A stretch of DNA of 64,000 nucleotides, taken from contig NW_024704742.1 in the NCBI RefSeq assembly GCF_018977255.1, positions 40,488,001 to 40,552,000 on the forward strand, given 5' to 3'. The DNA comes from Callorhinchus milii (taxonomy: Eukaryota). Below the pieces are notes generated by a model, which saw nothing but the letters and a program-made list of their open reading frames with translations, was not told the DNA's origin and ran no database searches. Within the stretch, counting starts at the first letter, position 1, and every line of letters begins with the position of its first letter. The position numbers and the translations under genes were made by a program. Below, one piece after another: positions 13,101 through 25,100 of this stretch.

Positions 13101-16100
13101 CCCATAAAATTCCACGAAGCGCAATAGCAAATGTCACTGTGCGTGTGCAGCTGGCGTGTTCATTCCCATGCTTTAAAACAGCCTGAATTCCAGGTCAGCA
13201 GGTCACTGCTGATGTTGCTTCCTTTTTGATGCACAAAGTAGGAAGTGATGCTGGTAGTAGCCTGATGACCTGGAAATTTTTTTAAAAATTTAAGCCTGAG
13301 ACAATGGACGTTAGCCAAAATCGGGATCTTCAGGGCACCTTTGACATTGCTCCCTACCTTTGCATGCATAGCAAAAGTGAAGTGGCAACCTAATGCACTG
13401 GAATTCAGCCATTTTAGAGTGATAGTGAGCTAGCTGCTTGCTTCTGCAGTGAATGAAGGTTATACTGCACCTGGTTTTAACCAAATTCACACTGTAAAAG
13501 GGTGCAATGTACTTACCAAAAACCTTTCACTAGTGGTACTATTGTCACAATAGTACTAAACAGTGCAAGTCTTTCTTTTTCCCTAATAATGCCAATCTCT
13601 GCCCACAGTACTGAGTCTTCTTTTTCCTACATTTACCCCAAAGTGCCAGACCTTTTCTTTCCTTCCACGATCCAGTGCCAGCCTTCTCTTTCACAGGTCA
13701 CCCTCACAGTGCCAGCCTTTGTTCTTTCATCCCCCCCAGTGCCAGCCTTTCTCTTTCTTTTCCCCTCTCACCCCTAAGAACACGTAGTGCTAGCCGTTCT
13801 TTTTCTATTACATACTGTAGCCCTGTTAAATTCTTATCTCAAACATACCTTCGCTGGTTAAACTATGCATCCTGTTAAAATAATAATTTATCGCAAAATT
13901 GCACGTAGGATTTTATTTCGGGACCTCGGATATTTTGTGGCTGTTATATAATGTGTAGATATGGAGTGTTTGGGTTTTCAAAATTGAAATGATGCTACTC
14001 GCCTTGAAAAGATAAATTGGAGCTGTTTTTCTAAACTTCTGACACTAGTTGTAAGGGTAGTTCTTGGAAACGTTTTCAGTTCTTCCAGCAAAAGTCACTT
14101 ACAAAATGTAAAGTTCTCATTCTTCCACTAAGATTTTGTTTACAACCAATGTTCAATTAAAATTGAAAGAATTTAAACAGTGAATCTTTTATGTTTTTCA
14201 GCCATGGTTCAGAATAAAAGCCATTGGAATGTTAAGCATGTGTCCAAGATTTGGCTATCTTTCAAAGCGAATGAGCAATTTGGGTTCAACAGTTGATTTT
14301 GCTGTTGTGTATGAATAACGAAAAAATTTAATGGACAAACCAACAAGATTAGAAGTTGTTGTGGAGCATGGGGTGGGGGGGAGACAGAACAAGGGTTATA
14401 TATGTTATAGTAAAGTTGTGAAGCCAAGGATTTCGCGAAATCCTAAAATTTTCAGTAAATTTGTTTCATCATTGTTTCACAACTTTACTGTACTGTTTGA
14501 CAACTTTACTGTAACATATTTAGCTAACGCAGCCAACGTCTTGTGTTGAAAGTTTATGGAAATGTTGTGTGGAACACTGAATCTGCCTTTGACTTTGAGA
14601 TGTTAATTGCTTCCTCATAATAGTTTGGATTTCCTCTTGTGGCCAATGACAGCGACATATGCAATTCATTTGAGTAGTTAAATAAATGAACAGAAAAGTG
14701 AAAAATGTAATATTGATAGATTTCCTTTTTGGTCAGTCTGATCCATGCTTGAACACCTTGCTGTGCTCAAGTGCTTCAGTTCCAGCTGCAGATAATTCAC
14801 AGAAGCAGAACTTGCCAGTTCTGAATCGCACTTTTTCGACGGTGGGGCAGGGGGTGGTGGTATAAAGCAGAAGAAATCATATCTAGTTTGCCTGGATTGG
14901 AGATTCCCTTTGGAGAGGCATTATGGTCCCCAAATCGGAACATTAAGAGTACTGCTATAAAAATAATTATTAATTATAATCATAGCTTTTGGTATGGCAC
15001 CTTTCACATCAGAAGAATGTCTCAAAGCATTTCACAGGACTTACTGTAAAGGGCAGTGACTATATTTTGTGGACAAAGGCAGAAATGACTGTCTTTGCAG
15101 TACTGCACGCAGCAGTATACAATTTATTGATATAGAACCTTTCACGTGCTTATTGATATATTGACACTGGAAATAATGACTCAATCTGTTAGGGCATGAA
15201 GCATCAGCAGTTGATATGAAGATTACCAACAGCGGTAACCACTGAATCCCATATATGTGTGCACTGTGCAGCAACACTCAAAATCATGTTTGTCAATAGC
15301 TGTCACCTGCCTACAAAATGCAGTTACTACGTTTTGCAGTAAATTGTATGAAGCGCTTTGAGATGTCCAACTGACCTGAGGGACCTATGCTTTGTACACT
15401 ATAATATGTCAGCTAATTTCACATTCTGGAGGTTCATATTTTATGTTGTGTACCAGGCTTGCTGTACATTAACTGCTTAATCCTGGTTCTCATGTAAAGT
15501 ACTTATGAAGTGAATCTGCCTCCAGTGTGTACAAAGCTTATTTATAGTTTGTATTCCAAGGCTCTGTGCCTCACAATTTTAAGTATTTTTAATGGGTCAG
15601 TGAAGTTAATGAAACATAAAACCTTCAGGCTGAATGTTTATTAATATACTGCAGTTGCTTCTGTATTGCACAACAGAACATTGCTGTATTTTCATCATCT
15701 AGGCAGTGTGTGATGCATGTGTAGATAGAAACTTCCTGCTCATTCATAGGCACATCAACACAGAAATGTTATTTAATTTGGGACTGAATAAGAGGGATGT
15801 GCTCTTGAATGGGTTCTACTGTATATTTCAGGGCATGTTACATGAAGAATAAATGTGCTGCAGAAGGAAGCAGAATTGGATTTATAACTTTCATTGAAAT
15901 GTGCTTTGTCAGCCTTAAGTCACTCCTGTAACATAAGAACAAAGCTAACATCATTGCTATTCTGACATGTTTTTTCGTAACATAATTATTTCAGCAAAAC
16001 ATTGAGAATTTGTATTCATTTACATATATGTAAGCGACCACTTTCTGAGCATTTCACATAGTGAGGAGGGGGAGTTTTACTAAAAATGGAATGGCTTGCA

Positions 16101-19100
16101 TTGGTTTTCATTAAAATTCCTCTAGTTCAAATTTACAAAGTTCTGTCATGAATGTAGGATTTAAAGAGTATTAAAATTAAGCTAGATAACATTTGTGAGA
16201 TAATTTGGAAGTTCAATGTAAACAATGTACTGTTTTCCTTACTTGCACTTCATGCTTCACCAGTGTCCTTTAAAACTGAGGATAACAGATCGTTTTGGTG
16301 TAAGATTCTACTGCTTTTGTTGAATTAAAGCCTTCAGTGAATGCTAAAATATCATCCATCCTTTAATATACTTCTCCCCACTCATCTGGAGATTCATCTT
16401 GTATCTGTTATTTTCTGGCAACGCACAGCTGAGAATTTGCATCTGAGCAAGTTAGTGCGTGCCTTTGGCGCTATTGAAACTGCAACTTTAAATGAATGAA
16501 GATTGTATGGTTACATTTTTACATTGCAGTGGTCAAGTGAAGTCTTTGAAAGTATAAGTGAATTATTTAAATTGTTCATTGCAAATTTAAAAAGTCTAAC
16601 TAAACATTATTTTTGCTGATGAATACAATATTTTACTATTCTTAAAAAATGGCAATATCTCCCCCCATTTTTGCAGGGCGCTTGGGATATCCACATCCAG
16701 GTACTGACCATCTTCTCATGCTTAATGGTAAGAATTTTATTTTAGTATCATTTGTCCTAAATCATTCTGTGCTTCTTTAATTATAAAGGATACAATAAAT
16801 TGTTTTTTTGTCTGGCAAAGTATACTGGTAGCACTGTGTTCAGTCTTAGTTTACATTTGTACTATAACAAATATTTTAAGTGTAAAATCTTGAGATTGAT
16901 ATTTTTTAATTTTGTTGTTGTTGTCTGTTATATTAAACTCCTGTAATACCTGAAGTAAGAATGGAGTTCATAAAACATACTTTGAAACCTTGACAGGAGC
17001 ATTTCAACTTCTGAGTGGTACATTATTTTTTCCAATATGATTTACAATTCCTAGCTTCAAGGTCATGAGTCATGACCTCTGACATGAAGGGTGCTTTATA
17101 AATGTAAAATGTTGTTGTATGACTTGTGAGGCAGAATGATTCAATTGAGAAACAAAAGCATTTCAGTTAGAACTCCAGTAGAGAAATATGCTACATAATA
17201 ACCTATTTTTTGAATCTCAATTGGTGTGATTTTGAAACTGCTGTTTATGTTGTCACTTTCTGCAGTTTATATCCACACTTGCATTCCTGAGGCCTGGACA
17301 CGAGGCTCATTTAAAAAGCAGCGTGTTGCTGTGATGGGGGGACGGAATGGGCTGAAGGGCTTTCTTCAACCAGACCGATCTTGTGATTTCTGTTGTCACA
17401 CAGCATGAGATTACTGTTGAAGCAATGCTGTCCCAACGTGTATAGTGAAAGGATTGTATTAAGACTTCTACCTCATTAGGTAAAGGGGTGTTTCCATTTC
17501 TCAGATAAACGCTAGGTACTCACAGTATTCTCTTGTTGCCTCATTGCTCTCCAGCAAGAAAAACTGAGAGGAAAAAGCATAACTGAAGTGCATAAATCAA
17601 TTTCTGAATCACAAGGTTCTCTCCACAAATTCTGGCACAACGTTTCCAGACATGGAAAGAGACAAAATCAAGGTTTTGTGTTTTTTTTGGATCAGCCGGG
17701 TATTTGATGCATGCGGAAACCCATCACTGTGCTTAAGAGTATCCAAACTAAACTGAGAATTTTATGCAACCCACCTATACATGGAAATTCCAGAGAGATT
17801 ATTGGAATCGAATGCACTCTCTCCCTGGAAGGATGCATCCTGCTTACCTAATAATAAGATTGTTATTGAGGCTATGATTTATTAAGATATTAACTTAATT
17901 CCCACAGAAGTTGTAAGGTTGTACATTCTACATTTAGTTACTTTTCTAGAGATTTGGTAACTTCCAACTCCTCTTTTTATGTTAGTTTTGAAAAGGAATG
18001 AATGGCTTTTTTATTAGTATTCACTTGGATTCTAGTTGTATCTGGTGTATTTTCTGAATCAATTAAACATTTAAGTAGTTTATGGCTTTAACACCCAAGC
18101 TGACATTCTGGACTACATCTGAAAAATCCCATATGGTATGCTTGATTGTGAAATGTTGCATTATATGTATTTTTATAATTGAATATTGCTTACCACTTAA
18201 TCAATCCTGATCCCCTTTTATTCCCCTTGCTTTAATTTGGATCTGGTTCAATTAACAATGTTAGCTTGCTTAAATGCAGAGTTAAGTTGTTGCACTAAAG
18301 AAAAACCTTGTTATGTAATATCACTCTTCTGACCTCACTGATGTGAAGTTAGATGGCTTTTCAATGGAAAATAGTTTTTGAGTCTTAGAGATGCACATTT
18401 GACTGTGTACTATCGATCTTCTGTGGTGATGTATCCCATTTTGTATGGTAAGTAATCCCAGAGTGTGACAGTCTGTTTTGTTTCTAAGAACTGCGCTATA
18501 GTGTGCTGCAGAAAGTATGACTCACTGCATCACTTCATTCCCAAGAAAGGTCAGTGGTGTAGCTGTGAAAAGTCGGGCCACACAAGGAAGAAAAATCTGC
18601 AGCAAAATGTCACATGTGGAGCTCTTTTTGCATCAGGGAACAATCTATTTTTGGTTTGACCTTCACAGTTGTTTTAAAAATTCCTTTGCTGTCCTCATTT
18701 AATTAAATAAGCTGCATAAGCATGTACCTAATGTCTTTCCTCCATTCCACAATAAAGTCTGGAACTGTGAAACACTATTACACTGTTAAACATTTTATAT
18801 AACTGAATCTTCCTTTACTGCAGTTTTTAAAAAATGTGTATATATATATAAATATGTGTATATATAAAGGAAAAATAGGATTATCACTTCTGAAAAACTA
18901 TAGTTGACATTGAAAATGTCTATTTGTGAATGTGAATTCTGCACAATTCATGAGTATTATAGGGATTTGTATATCAATTTGGCTCAGGTGGTAGCACTCT
19001 CGCCTTTTCAGTCCAAAAGGTTGTGAACTTTGAACTCACACAGTCCAGGCTGACATTCCAGTGCAATGTTGAGGTGGGGTCCTTTAGATGAAACGGTAAA

Positions 19101-22100
19101 CTGAGGTCCGATCAACCTGTCAAATCTCATGGCACCTTTTGAAAAGAAACAGGAGTTTCCCTGATGGCCTTGGCTCTCTGTGCTTAATACTGTGCAGTAA
19201 GCAGGATATGGTCCTCCAGCGAGAGAGTGTGCATTCCATTCAATAAACATCTCTGAAAGTTCCATGTATAGGTGGGGTACCTGGAACTTGGTTTGGACAC
19301 AAGTTATTCTGTAATCTGAGAGTTGAGCATGGTTATGGGTTTCCGCAAGTGTCACACCTGTCAGACCAAAAAACAAACACACAAGGTCCAGCAGTACATG
19401 CCATTGCCTTTTATGAAACCAGGTCCAAAAATCTCCAGTGCACCGAAACATGCCCTACTTCGAAAATAAAGAAGGCTTGATAATTGAAAAGCCTATTCTC
19501 AAGGCACCTTACAAATAAGAATGGTTTCTTTAGTGTATTTAAGTTCATTGGTTCAGGTTTCCATAAATACAACCCACGTCATTGGAATTGCAACACATTT
19601 TTCTGTAATCTGAGAGATACTCAAAGTAATTGTTGGTACATTCCTTTCACAAACTGTTGTGGCAGTTAACTATGGAAACCCTTGATGCAAGTAGTTTTCT
19701 ACACACTTGGAAGTAGCAGACCTATCCCATTTTTTGCAGAAGTCCATATTATCAGAAAGGGACCTATCTTCCTGTCACCATTCAGCAATTTTTTCTCTAT
19801 CTGTCTGGGCAATTATTGCCCAAACACGTCAACTGAACTGGGTTGCAGCATAATGGGTTGCCTCTGGAAAATCTAATGAGAAGATTCAGCAATTTAATCA
19901 AATTATTTTGAAATTGTTTTCTCAACATGCTGCACCAGGTGCTTGTGGGATAGGGCATTATACTTATTTTTTNGCTCACTTCCTCAATATTCCTATATGG
20001 AGATGTTTATTGGTAGCTACATTTACCCCCCATGGGAATAAGTCACTGCAGCTCACCCCTGCCTGTTCATGTTGGTTTCAGTGTGGCTTTATAGAAACCC
20101 ATGAAGAAGTTAACTTCACCCTCTTTGGCACCATTAGTTCCTGTTAAGAGAAGTCTTGCTGTTGAACTTAAAAGCTCTAGTATTCCAGGTTGATTGACAA
20201 GCCTTTATAATTTTTCTGATGCAGATATTGAATGTGGCTGTTTTCAAATGTGACTTAAGAAGCTGTCGGGGTGAATGACCCATTTATCCACATATCAATG
20301 ACTGGTATACTTAAGAGATTCTTGCAGTCTCACTTGAAGCATTACATTTGATTATGGATTTGTACAGCATTGGAAGCCACTTTGTAGAACTTTGAATTCA
20401 GTACAAATTGCATTCCTGTCATGAATTCAAGTACTGCTGTCAAGAAAATAACAAATATATGATATAAATGTTTTTTATGTCACAGGTTATTGATCTGTGA
20501 GTCAATAATATTCAACTTCTGAATTGAAATAGAAACTAGAATTCTAAGCAGAAAGACATTCTGTTCACCTTTCTGCATGATTGCTAATAGAGAAGAGCGG
20601 GAAGAATACAGATCTGATTTTTGATGCACCTCTGTGCTTGCATTACCAAAGCATTGAATGCAACTGCAGGCTGAAGCCCAACTACGGAATGGAATCCTGT
20701 GAAAATCCCAGTAAATGCTATCTTTCAGCAGCTGTTATCCCGTGCTGATATACATGAAGATAACATTATGTGATCATGCTTGTGTGAAGTTTATTAATGT
20801 TGCTTCTCTATTTGTATTAATACAACAGGAATGATCCCCAGTGTTAGAAGAATGAACTGTAAGGGATATTTAGACGAGCTGGGGCACTTCATTTTTCAGA
20901 GAAGATCCTTTCATAGGAGACCTCATAGACAGTATAAGATTTTAAATGGGCCTCAATATGTAAACCCAGAACAGTATTTTATAATGCACCAGAATGGAGA
21001 ACAAGGGGTTTAGAGTTGCAAAGCTCAGTTTTTCTTTCCTCGGAAGGTGATTAATGGCTGAGAACAAGTTGTCAGGAAGGGTGGTTGAGGCCAGGGCACT
21101 GGACTCATTTAAAAAGCAAGTTGATGCTCTGATGGGTGGACTGCTGATTGTGTATTCTGGAAGGATACCAAGGGCCTTTATCCAAATATCTCTTGTGAAC
21201 TATTTGAACTTGTGCCACCGTGTTGATATGTTACAAACTTTTTGTACAAACATAATGGTTTGTTCCATTTTTATGCCTGGGTGCTTCCTTTGTAACATTG
21301 TGTGTTTGGGTATTAAGGATGCAAATCAATTCCAGATGCAATTAATGTTCATTTCCCGGCAGGGCGAAACTTTGGGCAAGTTTCCTTATTCCACGCGCCT
21401 GATAATAATGTTTGCCGGGTTTCACCCACAAATATACAGTCAATTCACTTTACAGTATACTCTGTGAAGCGCTTTGAGACATCTAGAAGCACTATATCAA
21501 ATGCAAGTATTATTATTTTAGTGCTATCTTTGGAAGCAATCAATTGTTCAGTACTACCTGCCAACTTCATCTGTTCAACAACAACAACTTGGATTTATAT
21601 AGCGCCCTCCACACCAGACGAAGTCTCAGAGCGCTTTACAGTAACGGATCCCGGTTCACTCAGTCCAGTACAAAATCTATTTTGACCTAAATTGATTTCA
21701 GCCTTCCATTAGCTTCAGGGAATCATAGAATTATACAGCACGGAAGGAGGCTATTCGGCCCATCGTGTCTGTGCCGGCGCTTTGAAAAGAGCTCTTCAGT
21801 CCCACTCCCCAGCTCTCTCCCCTGTAAACTTGTCCTCCTCAAATAATTATCTACTTCTCTCTTAAAAGCTGTTATCGAATCACCACCCTTTCAGGCAATG
21901 CATTCCAGACAGATCCCAACAACTTGCTGTGAAAGCATTTCTCCTCACATCCCCTCTGTTTTCTTTAACAACTATTTTAAATTGGTGTCCTGGGGTTACC
22001 AACCCACCCGCCAGTGGAAATAGTTTCTCCTTGTTCACCCTATTGAATCCCCTCATAATTTTGAAAACTTCTATTAAGTCTCCTCTTAACCTTCTCTGCT

Positions 22101-25100
22101 CCAAGGAGAATAACCCTAGCTTCTCTAGTCTTTCCTGATAACTGAAGTCCCTCATTCCTGGTACCATCCTGGTAAATCTCCTTTGCATCTCTCCAATGCC
22201 TTGACATCCTCCCTAAAGTGTGGTGCCCAGAACTGAACACAGTACTCTCGCTGAGGCCTAACCAGTGTTTTATAAAGGTTTATCATAACTTCCTGTCTTT
22301 TGTATTCTATGCCCCTATTTATAATGTCTAGAATCCCAAATGCTTTAATAGCTTTATCTACCTGTCCTGGCACCTTCAAAGATTTACTTATATGAACCCC
22401 CAGGTCTCTCTATTCCTTCACCCCCTTTAAGATTTTACCATCAGCTTATATTGCCTCTCCTCATTCTTCCTCCCAAAATCCATCACTTTGCATTTTTCCA
22501 CATTAATATTCATCTGCCACATTCTGCCTATTTTACAAGTCTGTCTATGTCCATTTGCAGTCTGCTACTGTCTTCCTCATTGTTTACTACTTTTCCTAGC
22601 TGCCTAATATTTTTTCTAGGAATATATTAGGTACCAAAATACATAATAGATAAAGACTTGTTTGTTCAGTAAAATAAACTCCTTTCATAGAACTAGGATT
22701 GGCTGACTGGTTCAACACATTGGTAATTACATGTACTGTTCTATTTGACTGATATTTTTGAGGATGGATTGCATTCACATTATGATTTAGTAGATAATCT
22801 ACCATGACAGTACAACAAATATATAGTATATATTACTAAATTTGAGTTCAATAATTTATTTATTTCCACAGACTATTTTCAGCAGTTATTTTTGTGTAAT
22901 CCAACAGAATGTATTGTCCTTCCAACACAACTATACTGAACAACTCTTGAAGATCGAGTCTTAAGACTGTTAAAATATTACCAACTGTTTATGCCACCAT
23001 TGATCTATTGAAACGTCCTCAGCTCTCAATTATAAAAATGAGCTTGATACCTGAATCATTTGGTGAAATGTTCTTCCAGTTTATTACAGTGAAAAACTGT
23101 TAAACTGGAAACAATTTTTAAAACATCTGAATTGTTAGATTTCATATTTTCAAGAGCCTATCTAGTGAATATTTGTGTAAAACACATTACTGCATTTTAA
23201 GAATATTTTGAAGAAGGTTTCCTTTTACTGTCAAGCTAGTAATCAGTACAACAATACAGATTTACATTTATTTAGCACCTTTCGTGTGCCCCAAGGTGCT
23301 TAACAATTAATGACTGGAACAGGTCTTGGCACCCAACCAGAGGATGGAGAAGGGGAAGATGATCAAAGTTGGACCCCTATGTGATTCAGCATTGTATGCA
23401 AACTCTTCCTGTGCTCTTCCTATAAATTTGACATTTAAACCCATTGTTCATCGTGAACCTGCATGATATAGACCAGAAAGGTTTGCAGTTCAATCTCCAT
23501 TGAATCTCCAATCTCTATTGTTGCATTCCTGATGTTGACTGGGGAAGTAGTTGACTGCTATTATTAATCTCGATAACTAGACTAGGGAGAGAGCAAATCA
23601 GCAAAGCTCCAGGTTCCTATCTGGAACCCCTACGTGGAATATCTGTGTACATGGATGTTAGTTGAAGATCGCATTACGTTTGGTTGTGATGTTCCCATGA
23701 TAGCCGTATGTTTAATTTGTACAACAAGACGTACTGTTACAATATTTGGAGATATTTTGAAATTGTGCCCAGAAAATGTTTTCTTAGACAATGTTTTAGC
23801 TTGATTTTCAGGTATTACATGAATTCTATTGAATTAAAAGCAGCAAATGACCTTCCAAATGTACAGCAAGTTCACGAAACGTGCACTGTCATTGAAGTGA
23901 ATAGTTAGTTTTAAAATATGTAACTGGTAAAAATGGAAATAAGAAATCATTCTCAATGGTAACATTTTAAAAGATTTCAAGACCATGAAGGGGTCATGCA
24001 GTGAATTGTTGCCTGCCATCTAATGGTCAAAGAAGAAAAGCAAAAAACAGCAATTTTCTTTTTGTTAGTGATCGTGTGATGCTCAATGTGATGAAGGTTT
24101 TTCACGTGATTTAAAGAATGATTTCATTGAGAAACCTTGAGTACTCTTTTTAAGGTTTCTAATGTTGGCATTCTGCCAATTTAATTTCGTCCTTGTTCTG
24201 AAATTGAGGTGAAGGATCGTAATAACTCAATGCTGATAATCTGTGGTTATTAGTGTATCGTGTGCTTATAACTGAAGTGACATTAGCCGTTGCATATCAT
24301 TTGTTGTACCTTGCAAAAATTGTGATGCTTCACATCCTTTTCAGGATTTTGTTGCATCAAAAGCAGCAAATAGTCTTCAAAATATATTGGGTTGCATGCT
24401 TCTAGAAATGCACTATCATATGATTTTACCAATGAACTCTTTACGCTCACAGTTTCAATATTCGTCAACTTTCAAAATAATTGAAAGAAAATCAGCTTTA
24501 ATGTTCTCAAAACCATAAATTAGTGCCTGCAACATATAGCAGATTCATTCATTACATCAAAAGCAAAATAGTGATAATATGTTATATTGGGCCTGACCAA
24601 CAAGCTTTACGGGTTCAATATGATCTCCTGCAACTTGTCCTCTAACCCCTTAGCTACATATCTACAATTCCTTTCTCTTTACTGCTGTGATGCATTGTGT
24701 GATAGTTTTAGTGATTTTTTATGAACCCAATCACCCGTAGTTTATCCTAAATTCCTCTCCTGTTTGTTATTCTATAAAATAATGCCATATTAGCTTATAC
24801 TCCTACTATTCATTCTCTTTCTGCAATTTTATATTTCTACATTTGGCAAAATTAAATAATTGCCACTTGTCTACCAAAAGACGCTATACACATATAATTT
24901 TGCTGTTGTTGCTAATTTGATTGAAGGATGTGGGACTGAAGCAAGTAATTCGGCCAAACTAATCACGTGCCAGTGGAATTATCTAAATTTCTCTGTAATT
25001 AATCAGTTTATTCCTTGTTATTCAGTTCCTCTGAATTTTCTGATAATCCCCTAATGTAAATATAAATCTGATAGAATTATCTAGTTATGACATCCAAACT

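Noticed and set aside
13642..13760. Repeat-spacer pattern reminiscent of a CRISPR array
   Set aside because: The cores are only ~13 bp with low-complexity pyrimidine spacers, in a vertebrate intron with no cas genes; it is a degenerate minisatellite.
14478..14515. Short direct duplications (ACAACTTTACTGTA x2; also ~46273-46328 and ~60512-60568)
   Set aside because: Ordinary slippage duplications with no further structure.
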